Source: Candidatus Fermentithermobacillus carboniphilus (GTDB lineage Bacteria > Bacillota > Sulfobacillia > Fermentithermobacillales > Fermentithermobacillaceae). From it: a stretch of DNA of 64,000 bases. A program made the position numbers and the translations under genes. Below the pieces are notes generated by a model. It saw nothing but the letters and a program-made list of their open reading frames with translations. It was not told the DNA's origin and made no database searches. Positions 8,217-17,356 of this stretch are shown piece after piece. The stretch spans positions 1,918,517 to 1,982,516 of the forward strand of contig CP062796.1 of the NCBI GenBank assembly GCA_018208355.1. The letters are read 5' to 3'. Each line of letters begins with the position of its first letter. Position 1 is the first letter of the stretch.

Positions 8217-10145
8217 TTACAGCGGCCACTGTACCTTACCGGTATCCCTCGTGTCGTAACCGCCCAAAGCTTCGACCTTCTGTTTGAACTCGGCCGTCCC
8301 GATGATTTCCAGCACGGCTTTGACTCCGGGATGATCGAGGTACTCAGCGGGTATGGCCAGGTCGTACCGTTCTTCCTGCCAGGGGATGAAATCCAAGCCG
8401 AGAGCCCTTGCGGCTGATAAAACGCCCAGTCCAACGTCTGCCGCCCCGCTCCTTACGGCCGCAGCTACCTGAGTGTGGGTGTACCCTTCTCTCTCATATC
8501 CCCGGATTTTTGCCGGGTCGATCCCCCTGAGCTTGAGATGATAGTCCAGGAGAACCCGTGTACCCGCGCCACGCTGCCTGTTGATGAAAGTCACATCGGG
8601 ACGGGTGAGATCCTCTATGTCTCTGATACCCTTGGGATTTTGCGGCAATACCATCAAACCCTGCTGCCTGTACACGAGGGTGATGAGGTAGATGTCCATA
8701 TCTTTCAGGTAGCGCTGGATATACGGGATATTGTAAATGCCCGTTTCTTCGTCGAGAAGGTGAGTCCCCGCCAAGTGACACTCCCGACGCCTCAACGCGA
8801 AAAGTCCCCCGAGGCTTCCCTGATTGGCGGAAGAAAGCGTCATCTCAGGATGCTTTTCTCTGAGCAGGCTCGCGATTATATCCAGGGTGAGATCGTGGCT
8901 TCCGATGGCAACCACGGTGCCCAGTATTTCCGACAAAGGCTTAAGGAGCTGTACCTCCACGCTGCTGCCTGCGGTGATACCTTCTTTCCCGCGCGGGACC
9001 ACCAGGATCCCATCCGCCCGCACCAGAGAAGTAGTCAGGGCGGCTCCCCTTGCGATAGGAGTCGCAACCAGCTTTTCTCCGACTTTTCCCAGCTTTACTC
9101 GGACGAATTCGTCTACTCCCATGGATGAAGCAATGTCCCGGGAAAGGGTGGCACGGGTAGTTTCGGGAACCGGTGCGGGAAGGCCCAAGAGGCTCATTAT
9201 TAGGAACTTTGTGTAAAGATCCATAGCCAGCGCGGCTGAAACGGGATACCCTGGGATCCCGAGGACAGGTTTTCCTCGAACTTTCCCCAGGATCACAGGT
9301 TTTCCCGGACGGGTGGCGATCCCGTGGACCAAAACCTCGCCGAGTTCTTCGACGACCCGGGAGGTGAAATCCTCTGACCCTGCCGAGGAGCCGGCGCCCA
9401 CCAGCACCACGTCTGAGGCAGATACCGCTTCGTCCACGGTTTTCTTAATAAGCTCGTAATCGTCGGGGATGATCTCGGTGACCCGGGGCTCCCCACCCCA
9501 GGTTTTTATCATCGCCGAAAATATGGTCGAGTTGAACTCTATGAGTTCTCCGGGCCCGGGGGACCGCGTGGGCGGGACCAGCTCTGTGCCCGTCGGGATG
9601 ATGGTCACAACGGGCCGCTTCCGGACCTGTATTTCCGTAACTCCCCCGGCTAGGAGCGCTCCCAGGTCTACGGGCCTGAGTTTGTGATTGGCGGGGAGTA
9701 TGAGCTCGGTTTCGACCATGTCTTCTCCGTACACTCTGACGTTTTCCCACGGCGCGACAGGCGCAATTATCTCCAAGAGCCCGTTTCCTCTGTCGTGAAG
9801 GTCTTCCACCATGATGACGGCGTTTGTACCTTCGGGTAGAGGATCCCCCGTATCGACCCAGAAAGCATCCTCGCCGACCTTCAGGAGCTTGGGTGCGGTT
9901 TCCCGGGCCCCGAAAGTTATTTCCGCGTTCACAGCCACGCCATCCATGGCGGCTGCGTGGAAGTGGGGAGAGGAGATCTTCGCGAACACAGGAGCTGCGG
10001 TCACCCTGTCAAGACAATCGGGCACGGGCAGAGTCTCGGGAGGCATGACCATTCCCCCGAACTCTCTTGCCAAAATCTTCTGCCCTTCGGTGTACGGTAT
10101 GTCTTTGAGGTAAACTTGTCGCCGGTGTCCAGTATCGCTGCTCAT
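8217..10145 (-). CDS. moeA: Molybdopterin molybdenum/tungsten-transferase MoeA fused to a C-terminal periplasmic-binding-protein-like domain
   Basis: N-terminal ~400 aa is MoeA (AMDGVAV..., GGVTEIQVRKRPVVTIIPTGTELV, MoCF_biosynth GxxGxSxG-like region). C-terminal ~230 aa has a type-II PBP fold (LRGIDPAKIRGYEREGYTHTQVAAAVRSGAADVGLGVLSAARALGLDF). Confidence 0.8.
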   Translation of the reverse strand: MSSDTGHRRQVYLKDIPYTEGQKILAREFGGMVMPPETLPVPDCLDRVTAAPVFAKISSPHFHAAAMDGVAVNAEITFGARETAPKLLKVGEDAFWVDTGDPLPEGTNAVIMVEDLHDRGNGLLEIIAPVAPWENVRVYGEDMVETELILPANHKLRPVDLGALLAGGVTEIQVRKRPVVTIIPTGTELVPPTRSPGPGELIEFNSTIFSAMIKTWGGEPRVTEIIPDDYELIKKTVDEAVSASDVVLVGAGSSAGSEDFTSRVVEELGEVLVHGIATRPGKPVILGKVRGKPVLGIPGYPVSAALAMDLYTKFLIMSLLGLPAPVPETTRATLSRDIASSMGVDEFVRVKLGKVGEKLVATPIARGAALTTSLVRADGILVVPRGKEGITAGSSVEVQLLKPLSEILGTVVAIGSHDLTLDIIASLLREKHPEMTLSSANQGSLGGLFALRRRECHLAGTHLLDEETGIYNIPYIQRYLKDMDIYLITLVYRQQGLMVLPQNPKGIRDIEDLTRPDVTFINRQRGAGTRVLLDYHLKLRGIDPAKIRGYEREGYTHTQVAAAVRSGAADVGLGVLSAARALGLDFIPWQEERYDLAIPAEYLDHPGVKAVLEIIGTAEFKQKVEALGGYDTRDTGKVQWPL

Positions 10146-10176
10146 GGCCGAACCTCCATTTAGATACCTTCGCGTT

Positions 10177-11583
10177 TCACGTGAGCCTCACTTCCACAAG
10201 GCTCCCCGCCTTCAACCCCTCGTACTCAAGTGGGATCACCACTTCTCCGTGGGATTTAACGAGGGTGGAGATGAGGCCCGATTTCCCCAGCACAGGGTCT
10301 GCCCAGAACTCTCCGTTTTCCAGGCGAAGCCTCACCCTGATGTGGTCTTCTCTTCCCGGGGCCGACGAGATGTTCCGGGAAAGCCTGGCCATCACGGTTT
10401 TTTCTCGGCTCAGGAAGTCGAAATGCAGGTCGAACGCAGTTTCGGAACCCTGTCGCGTGTTATGGGCCGTGGAGGCTGAACTTTTCTCGTATAACCGGAC
10501 CACCGCGGGTTTCACGAAGAGACTGAAAACGGTGAGGGCCGAAACAGGGTGACCCGGGAGTCCGAAAACAGGTTTATCCCTGCAAATGCCGAGTATTGCC
10601 GGTTTACCCGGCTTTAAGGCGACGCCGTGGACCAAAACTCCCGGAGGGCCGAGGTCGGAGATGACCTGGACTACAACGTCCCGGGTGCCCACGGAGCTTC
10701 CGCCTGACACAACCAGAAGGTCTGCTGTGTCCAACGCCTCCTCCAATGGCTGCCTGACATCTTCGTATGTGTCGCTTGAAATACCCAGCGTGATGGGTAT
10801 GGCGCCGCACGAGAGGGCGGATGCCGCCAGAGAGTATGTGTTTATGTCGCGGATCTGGCCCGGTCCGGGACTCTTGTCGGGAGGGACGATTTCATCGCCC
10901 GTGGAAAGGATGGCCACTCTGGGTCTCCTGAAGACCGGGACGGTGACGTGACCGAGAGCTGCAAGTGCCCCGATCTCGAAGGCCCTTAAGACCCTCCCCG
11001 TGAGGAGGAGGGTTTCCCCGGACGTCACGTCTTCGCCTTTGTGTATGACGTTTTCCCCGGGAGCGACGGGTTTTTTGACAAGGACAGTCCTGTCGTCCAG
11101 GAGATCCGTGTGTTCTATCATCACGCACGCATCGGCGCCACAAGGCAGGCTCCCGCCCGTCGGGATCCTTGCCGCCTGACCGGATAAGAGATTTTTCTCG
11201 GGCATGGCCCCCATTCGTATGTCTTCCACGATCTCAAGGATAGCGGGAAGCGCTTCGGTGGCTCCGAAAGTGTCTTTTGCCATTACCGCATAACCGTCTA
11301 CCGTCGATCTCGCGAAAGGAGGAACGTCTTCGCAGGCAAGGATATCCCGGGCAAGAACCCTCCCTGCCGCGGCGGTTATGTGTACTTCCTCGATATCGAG
11401 TGGCTTCACTTTCCATGCCTTTAACAGGATGTCTCTTGCTTGGTCCACGGTCTTGACGTCAAAGTAACTCTCCACTGTGCATCGAAACCCTCCAGGCCCA
11501 GAACTAAAATGAGCGCCTCCTTTGGCGCTCGCGACATCCCGAGACGGATCGCTTGTGCCTCTTGCGCTTTCAGGGCGGCTCAA
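10177..11583 (-). CDS. moeA: Molybdopterin molybdenumtransferase MoeA (second paralogue). The true start is probably an internal GTG near 11475.
   Basis: MoeA N-domain (STVDGYAVMAKD), MoCF domain (PVFGLPGHPVSA) and MoeA_C (ENGEFWADPVLGKSGLISTLVKSHGEVVIP). The first ~36 aa of the track ORF (TTG start) overlap the riboswitch expression platform. A GGAGGG Shine-Dalgarno precedes the GTG for VESYFDV. Confidence 0.85.
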   Translation of the reverse strand: MSRPESARGTSDPSRDVASAKGGAHFSSGPGGFRCTVESYFDVKTVDQARDILLKAWKVKPLDIEEVHITAAAGRVLARDILACEDVPPFARSTVDGYAVMAKDTFGATEALPAILEIVEDIRMGAMPEKNLLSGQAARIPTGGSLPCGADACVMIEHTDLLDDRTVLVKKPVAPGENVIHKGEDVTSGETLLLTGRVLRAFEIGALAALGHVTVPVFRRPRVAILSTGDEIVPPDKSPGPGQIRDINTYSLAASALSCGAIPITLGISSDTYEDVRQPLEEALDTADLLVVSGGSSVGTRDVVVQVISDLGPPGVLVHGVALKPGKPAILGICRDKPVFGLPGHPVSALTVFSLFVKPAVVRLYEKSSASTAHNTRQGSETAFDLHFDFLSREKTVMARLSRNISSAPGREDHIRVRLRLENGEFWADPVLGKSGLISTLVKSHGEVVIPLEYEGLKAGSLVEVRLT

Positions 11584-11639
11584 AAAGAACCGCCTTTTGC
11601 CACAAGTCGGCCTTATGACCGTTCCGTCTCTTGATATGA

Positions 11640-11758
11640 GACCTGCTCCTTTCCAAAGGAGGGAGGCGGGTCCGTTTCCAGACCAACCCTATCGGCCTTA
11701 ATCCATGGCTGCCTTAAAGGGCAACTTCAGGCCTTAAGGCTCGGAGCACATATTCAGT
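11640..11758 (-). ncRNA. Molybdenum-cofactor (Moco) riboswitch-like leader upstream of the moeA-moaA-moaC-mogA-tupABC operon
   Basis: The minus-strand transcript reads ...GCUCCGAGCC UUAAGGCCUGA ... GGUCUGGAAACGGACCCGCCUCCCUCC UUUGGAAAGGAGCAG. It contains the hallmark blocks CUCCGAGCC, GGAAAC, CCGCCUCCC and a terminal GGAAAGGAG, in the order expected for the Moco RNA motif. It lies ~60-165 nt upstream of a Moco-biosynthesis and tungstate-uptake operon. Coordinates are approximate. Confidence 0.6.
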
Positions 11759-11998
11759 TTAGTCCATTCTAACACATAGAAGTTGGATAGGTAAGGGTCG
11801 ACCTCATGATGTCAACCTCTTGATGTCGATGGCAAGTTTTTCTGTCACCCAACGGGCGTCCCGCTAATACACTGGAAAGACTCGGTGAAACCGGGAAGCG
11901 TTTGCGAAAGGTTCTCCCGGGATACCACCTCATCGGGGGCCGAGATACCGTTCGAGGTGGCCGGGAGTGACCAGAACTGCCGAGAGGGGACGAATTCC

Positions 11999-12676
11999 GT
12001 GGTTTTCGACTGGCATGCTATCATTTTATCTGCGGCGATGACGCTTGCGGTGAGCATGGATGGAGTCCTCGTAGGGGCCGCATTTTCCATCAGAGGACTT
12101 GCGTTGTCCGTGGAATCTTACTGGCTCATTGGCATGTGCACCGCCATCATGGTGACCGTTTCCATCGTTATCGGACGATTCATCTCTGTCTGGTTACCTC
12201 TTCGCCTCACCCGAGCCCTTGGAGCCGGGACCCTCAGCGGTTTCGGAGCATGGCAGCTCGGGCAGGCACTTTTAGCCAGGATGTCTCGGCGGAAGACGTC
12301 TAGGGGCGAAGGAAGCATTTGCACCGCCACTCGGGATGAGACGTTTGGGGGAGGGACCATCCGGACCGAAACCATCCGGGACATACTGGAAGAACCTATC
12401 CTGGCCGACCGGGACCTTTCGGGCACGGTGGATGCGCGTGAATCGGTCTTTCTGGGTATTGCCCTTGGCTTGGATGCTCTTGCGGCCGGGCTTGGCGCGT
12501 CGATGGCTGGTTTTTCTCTCGCCATTATCCCTTTGGTGGCCCTGGCGAGCCCCTTATTTGTGCACCTCGGAATTCTTTTGGGACGGCGCTTCGGGAGTAA
12601 AGTCCCCGAGAAAGATGGCCTTATTCCCGGGATTTTGCTTGTACTCATCGGGCTTTTGAAATTTCTCAGAATCTGA
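11999..12676 (+). CDS. ytaF: Sporulation membrane protein YtaF-like (DUF204/MntP-type duplicated membrane domain). The track ORF starts at 11885; the likely start is the GTG at 11999 or the ATG at 12038.
   Basis: Two DUF204-type repeats (LAVSMDGVLVGAAFSIRGL and ALGLDALAAGLGASMAGFS), separated by a charged linker (ADRDLSGTVDARESVFLGIALGLDA) as in YtaF. Confidence 0.55.
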   Translation: MVFDWHAIILSAAMTLAVSMDGVLVGAAFSIRGLALSVESYWLIGMCTAIMVTVSIVIGRFISVWLPLRLTRALGAGTLSGFGAWQLGQALLARMSRRKTSRGEGSICTATRDETFGGGTIRTETIRDILEEPILADRDLSGTVDARESVFLGIALGLDALAAGLGASMAGFSLAIIPLVALASPLFVHLGILLGRRFGSKVPEKDGLIPGILLVLIGLLKFLRI

Positions 12677-12693
12677 CGGGTCAGAAGGTCCTA

Positions 12694-12716
12694 TTGACGA
12701 CATAAGATGGTATAAT
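12694..12716 (+). promoter_or_regulatory. Candidate sigma-A promoter with an extended -10 element (TGgTATAAT) that would drive the mgtE leader
   Basis: TTGACG, an 11-nt spacer, then a TATAAT preceded by TG. About 260 nt of leader follow before the mgtE start. Confidence 0.4.
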
Positions 12717-12975
12717 TGCCGTGGCGTTATAGTCCTCGCAGCATTCTGATAGTTCAATCCGAAAGGTGGTGGTATGGTGTGGACGCCGGACCGAGTAGCG
12801 GTCAACCTGGGGATAAACTAAGACCAAACAGAATAGGACTCGCTCCGGAGGCTGTCTATGCCAGAACCTGCCGCCTTTTCGGGTCTCCCTGGTCGTTGAT
12901 GTTCGCCGCGTCTTGGGACAGGTAGGGCATTAGCGGTCGGTTTCGGCGAAGGGCTCCTCCGGGGATTTTTGGGAG

Positions 12976-14334
12976 GTGGAGCCCGTGGATCGTCCCTTAA
13001 AAGAAACCGTGACGGAACTCTTAGCAGCGGGCAATCGCCAGGAACTTGTGAACATCCTGGATGAGCTTCAGCCCTTTGACATCGCCGGCCTTCTCCTTGA
13101 CCTCGACGAGAAGGGACAGCTCGAAGTCTTGGGGGTACTTTCCCCGGATGTGGCGGCGGAGTCTCTCGAGCACCTGGACTACGACAACCAGTACCGGCTT
13201 TTAGACCATCTCGATGAAGATAAGGCTCGGGCCATCATAGCCGCCATGTCGGGCGACGCTCTGGTCGACCTTATCGGAGCCATCCATCCGCGTCAAGCGC
13301 GTGAGATTATGCGCCGCGTGCCTGAGAAGGACCTCCCCGAGATTCAGCTCCTCATGAGCTATCCGGAAAACTCGGCAGGAGGCCGGATGACCCTGGATTA
13401 CCTGGCTGTGAGGCAAGACTGGACGGTGGATAGGGTCATAGCCCATTTCAGGAAAGTGGGGCGGGAAGTCAAGATAACCAACTATGTGTATGTGGTTGAC
13501 AGAGAAGGGCGCCTGGCAGGTGTCGCATCCATGCGGGACGTTCTTCTGAGCGATCCGGGAACGCCGGTCTCAGAGATCATGTATACCAAGGTCGTGTCGG
13601 TGGAGGCTACGTCTGACCAGGAGGAAGCTGCCAAGATCTTGAGCCAGTACGATTTCGTAGCCCTTCCGGTGGTAAACGGCGGCGGGCGCCTCGTCGGAGT
13701 CATCACTGTGGACGATGTGCTTGACGTCATCGAAGAAGAGGATACAGAGGACATCCAGAGACTGGGTGGTAGCCAGCCCCTGGATGAACCTTACATGGAC
13801 GCGAGTTCGTTTAGCCTTTTCCGGAAGCGCATCGGCTGGCTTCTCGTGCTTTTCATCACAGAGTCTTTGACCGGGAACATTCTCCGCTATTATGAGGGAG
13901 TGTTGAGTCAGGTGGTGGCGCTGACCTTCTTCATCCCGCTCCTCATCGATACGGGCGGGAACTCGGGCTCCCAGGCTTCTACCCTGGTGATACGCGCAAT
14001 GGCTTTGGGTGAAGTTACTTTGCGAGATTTCCTATCGGTTGTCTGGAAGGAAATACGTATTGGAGCTGCCCTGGGGCTCACGATGGCGGGGGCTGCTTTT
14101 GCCTTCGCGAGGCTTTTGGGAGGCGACATTGGCATCGGTCTCACGGTGTCGGTCACCCTCTTTCTTGTCGTCATCGTGAGTTCTGTGGTGGGGGCAATTC
14201 TGCCAATACTTGGCAAGCGCCTGGGGGTGGACCCGGCAGTCGTATCCGCACCGTTGATAACCACCATTGTGGATTGTACCGGGCTTCTCATCTACTTCGA
14301 GGTCGCCAGGATTATACTAAGCCTGGGTCGCTGA
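12976..14334 (+). CDS. mgtE: Magnesium transporter MgtE (the likely start is the GTG at 12985, after a GGGAGGTGG ribosome-binding site)
   Basis: MgtE_N domain, tandem CBS domains (VYVVDREGRLAGVASMRDVL / ALPVVNGGGRLVGVITVDDVL) and a C-terminal MgtE membrane domain (PLLIDTGGNSGSQAST). Confidence 0.9.
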   Translation: MEPVDRPLKETVTELLAAGNRQELVNILDELQPFDIAGLLLDLDEKGQLEVLGVLSPDVAAESLEHLDYDNQYRLLDHLDEDKARAIIAAMSGDALVDLIGAIHPRQAREIMRRVPEKDLPEIQLLMSYPENSAGGRMTLDYLAVRQDWTVDRVIAHFRKVGREVKITNYVYVVDREGRLAGVASMRDVLLSDPGTPVSEIMYTKVVSVEATSDQEEAAKILSQYDFVALPVVNGGGRLVGVITVDDVLDVIEEEDTEDIQRLGGSQPLDEPYMDASSFSLFRKRIGWLLVLFITESLTGNILRYYEGVLSQVVALTFFIPLLIDTGGNSGSQASTLVIRAMALGEVTLRDFLSVVWKEIRIGAALGLTMAGAAFAFARLLGGDIGIGLTVSVTLFLVVIVSSVVGAILPILGKRLGVDPAVVSAPLITTIVDCTGLLIYFEVARIILSLGR

Positions 14335-14363
14335 ACCGGTTGCCCTCTGGCTACCTGCATAGG

Positions 14364-15881
14364 ATGAAGCCAGAAAAGGGATGGATCCGAAAGGATTTGC
14401 GCCTCTTCATATTGAAGGATCTCAAACTGGATGTCTCGGTCGTCAACAAAACGTTTGAGGGGGCGACTTTTTTGCCGGACATAATCGCTTTTTTGGACAA
14501 AAAGGCCGGAGAATTGCGGGAAATTTCGGACGCTGTGTGGGATTACGCGGAACTTGGTTTCAAAGAGTATAAGTCTTCAAAGGTGCAGGCAGATTACCTC
14601 GAAAGCCAGGGTTTTTCCGTAAAACGCGCAGCGGGTGGTATACCGACGGCCTTTGTAGCTGAATGGGGAGAAGGTCGGCCCATAATAGGGTTTTTGGGTG
14701 AATACGATGCCCTGGCAGGGGTGTCCCAGGAGGCGTCCTACATCAGGAAGCCCAGGGTCGAAGGAGCGCCTGGCCACGGGTGCGGACACAATCTTCTAGG
14801 TACCGCCTCCCTGGGAGCTGCCCTCGCTTTCAAAGAGGCGCTGGCCGAGATGAAAGTGCCGGGTACCGTCAGGTATTACGGCTGCCCCGCCGAGGAACTT
14901 CTGGCCGGAAAAGTGTACATGGCCCGGGAAGGTCTTTTTTCTGACCTGGATGTAGCCATAACATGGCATCCGGGTTCGCTCAACACCGTAAGGCTGGGAA
15001 GCGGCAACGCCATGAACTCGGCAAAGTTTCGGTTTCACGGGAAAACCGCCCACGCTGCGGCAGACCCTCATAATGGACGGTCGGCACTGGACGCGGTCGA
15101 ACTCATGAACGTAGGAGCCAACTACTTGAGGGAGCACGTGATAAACCAGGCCAGGATCCACTACGTCATAACCAACGGGGGTGGACAGCCTAACGTCGTG
15201 CCCGCCGAGGCTGAGGTCTGGTATTTCGTGAGAGCCCCTCACAGGCACCAGGTTGAAGAGATATATGAAAGGCTCGTTGACGTGGCCAAAGGTGCTGCTC
15301 TCATGACCGGTACGAGCTATGATATCGAATTCCTGACGGGATGCTACGAGGTCCTCATCAACGACGTCCTGGCCGAGGTGATGTGGCGCAACCTTCAGAA
15401 AGTGGGAGCTCCTGCGTTTGACGAGGATGACCTCGAATTTGCGAGAAGACTTTCTGAGACTTTCGACAAGGGTGTCGTGGAGAACCTCAGGAAGAGCCCT
15501 GAGTTCCAGGAGTATAAAGAACTACAGGGGCAGATCTTGAACACCACCCTCGTCCCGCCGCACGGGAAGGGTAGGTCGGGAGGAGGTTCCACAGACGTCG
15601 GAGACGTAAGCTGGATAGTCCCTACTGTCCAGGTTTCTACGGCGACGGTGCCGATCGGATGTCCCGGCCACTCGTGGCAGAATTGCGCTTCTTCTGGGAG
15701 CTCCATTGGGTTCAAAGGGATGATGGTTGCGGCCAAGGCTATGGCTTTATGCGGTCTCGATCTGATAGAGCATCCCGAGGAGATCAAGAGGGCCAAGGCC
15801 GAGTTCGACGAGAAAACGAAAGATTCGCCTTACAAGTGTCCCTTCCCGAAGGACCGGGAGTTTCCGCTGGACCAGTTCTGA
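14364..15881 (+). CDS. M20 family amidohydrolase (AbgB/p-aminobenzoyl-glutamate-hydrolase-like)
   Basis: M20 metal ligands and dimerisation domain (GHGCGHNLLGTASLGAALAF...YYGCPAEE...NGGGQPNVVP). The start is taken at the ATG at 14364, which lies after the mgtE stop. Confidence 0.8.
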   Translation: MKPEKGWIRKDLRLFILKDLKLDVSVVNKTFEGATFLPDIIAFLDKKAGELREISDAVWDYAELGFKEYKSSKVQADYLESQGFSVKRAAGGIPTAFVAEWGEGRPIIGFLGEYDALAGVSQEASYIRKPRVEGAPGHGCGHNLLGTASLGAALAFKEALAEMKVPGTVRYYGCPAEELLAGKVYMAREGLFSDLDVAITWHPGSLNTVRLGSGNAMNSAKFRFHGKTAHAAADPHNGRSALDAVELMNVGANYLREHVINQARIHYVITNGGGQPNVVPAEAEVWYFVRAPHRHQVEEIYERLVDVAKGAALMTGTSYDIEFLTGCYEVLINDVLAEVMWRNLQKVGAPAFDEDDLEFARRLSETFDKGVVENLRKSPEFQEYKELQGQILNTTLVPPHGKGRSGGGSTDVGDVSWIVPTVQVSTATVPIGCPGHSWQNCASSGSSIGFKGMMVAAKAMALCGLDLIEHPEEIKRAKAEFDEKTKDSPYKCPFPKDREFPLDQF

Positions 15882-15987
15882 GCGGGTGACCGTGAGAAAC
15901 TGCAATTCTTAGAAGCAGGGGCCGCGAACTGTTCGTATCCGACGGGATCAGGTAACTCTGAGAAACTACAATTCTTGGAAGATGTGT

Positions 15988-16014
15988 TCCCACGGGTTGA
16001 ATCCCGTGGGTTTT
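15988..16014. terminator. Hairpin terminator between convergent genes (M20 amidohydrolase on + and ogt on -)
   Basis: CCCACGGG ttgaat CCCGTGGG followed by TTTT. Confidence 0.5.
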
Positions 16015-16054
16015 AATCATGTGGGCCTTAATCATGTGGGCTAAGTAAGCAAGT

Positions 16055-16534
16055 TCACGTGGCTTTTCTGTCGTCCACGGAAACCCCTTCGTGCCGGAGG
16101 AGCCACTTTTTGACGGCAAGCCCGCCCCCGAATCCGCCGAGACCGGTCTTGGCGAGGACTCTGTGACAGGGTACCACGATGGCTACGGGATTTGCGGCGC
16201 AGGCGTTCCCGACAGCTCTCGCGGCTTTGGGCGACCCCAGGCTTTCGGCTATCTCCTGGTAGGTCCTGGTTTCACCGTAGGGGATTTTCTTAAGCTCCTC
16301 CCAGACCTTGAGGTGGAAAGGTGGCCCTTTCAGCGAAACAGGGATCGAAAACTCGGTCAGACGCCCTTGGAAGTAGAGCAGGATCTCGCGGATGGCTTTG
16401 TCGAGAACTTCCGAATCTCCGGGGGAGGCCTCCCCCAGGGTAGCGGGGGCTCCAAATTCGAGCCTGGTGAGGTATCCGTCCTCCACCGTGAGGGTCAGGG
16501 GGCCGATGGGCGTATCGATCTGCCTACTAGTCAT
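16055..16534 (-). CDS. ogt: Methylated-DNA--protein-cysteine methyltransferase (Ogt/MGMT)
   Basis: Active-site PCHRV motif plus the DNA-binding HTH (IPYGETRTYQEIAESLGSPKAARAVGNACAANP). Start at the internal ATG (MTSRQIDTPIG). Confidence 0.85.
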   Translation of the reverse strand: MTSRQIDTPIGPLTLTVEDGYLTRLEFGAPATLGEASPGDSEVLDKAIREILLYFQGRLTEFSIPVSLKGPPFHLKVWEELKKIPYGETRTYQEIAESLGSPKAARAVGNACAANPVAIVVPCHRVLAKTGLGGFGGGLAVKKWLLRHEGVSVDDRKAT

Positions 16535-16823
16535 GTTTATCAACCCGTTCCTGTATTGGTTTTTGAGTGAAATGCTCCGGATCAGCATGTTCTACGCAGT
16601 CTGTCCGGTGTCCTTCAGGTAGCCAAACGATGATCACTTGCCCCGGGCAATTGTGCCTACCGAACGTTACCCCGGGATGAACTGGGTCACAAGCGAGTAG
16701 GGCGCCCAAGGGGTTATCTCTATGGGAGTGGAGCTATCGGGTGCAACGGGCCGGTGCCCGGCGTAGAGACATAACCAGAAGGAGGGGGTGGGACAGGCAG
16801 GGAGGTTAAGGACCTAGGACTGA

Positions 16824-17273
16824 ATGTCCGGCAGGTGTGTGTCAATCGGCGCCGGCAATAAAGTCCGGCAGTATGTCTTGGACAATTGGGATGGGATAAA
16901 GACCTCCGATGAAGCTGCGAGCCTTGGAACGATTGAGGGACAGATATACCACCTGATAGCCAGGCGGATGAAGAGAGTGGGAGCCAGGTGGAGCCCGGAC
17001 GGTGCAGATAGGATGGCGCGGCTGCTCGCTGCAAAAGCAAACAATGAGTTAAACGATTATGCCAGCCAACCCGTGAAGAAGGTAAACAAAAGGTTAACAG
17101 CCTTGATAGACAGAACCAAACAGCATATCTCGGAAGACCCGGTCAAACACGCAGAGGACATTGGTGCGTGGCTGCGAGCCAAGGTGTCAGCGCTGCGTGG
17201 TCCCTACCAAAGCATACCGTTTGTCAAGTACGTTTTGCGGAAACTGGTCTATGTTTCATCTGCCAATATCTGA
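16824..17273 (+). pseudogene. Transposase-like C-terminal fragment (ISLre2/UPF0236-like RMKRxGxRWS motif), probably an IS remnant
   Basis: IEGQIYHLIARRMKRVGARWSPDGADRMARLLAAK resembles the conserved C-terminal block of ISLre2-family transposases. It is only 149 aa, with no catalytic domain. Confidence 0.4.
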
Positions 17274-17356
17274 CAGGGCAAAAACTTACTTACTAACTGT
17301 TGACACGGACCCGAGGAATTCCTTACTTGCTAAAAGAGGATATATAAGTTACTCTA

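Noticed and set aside
11884-12000. Possible riboswitch (yybP-ykoY/Mn2+ type) in the leader of the ytaF-like gene
   Set aside because: A long hairpin (CCGGGATACCACCTC...GAGGTGGCCGGG) is present, but I could not match the conserved yybP-ykoY blocks. The stretch may partly be coding if the upstream GTG is the real start.
12720-12975. Confident M-box call for the mgtE leader
   Set aside because: Only fragmentary similarity to the M-box consensus by eye. It is kept as a low-interest finding to be tested by covariance model rather than reported as an ncRNA feature.
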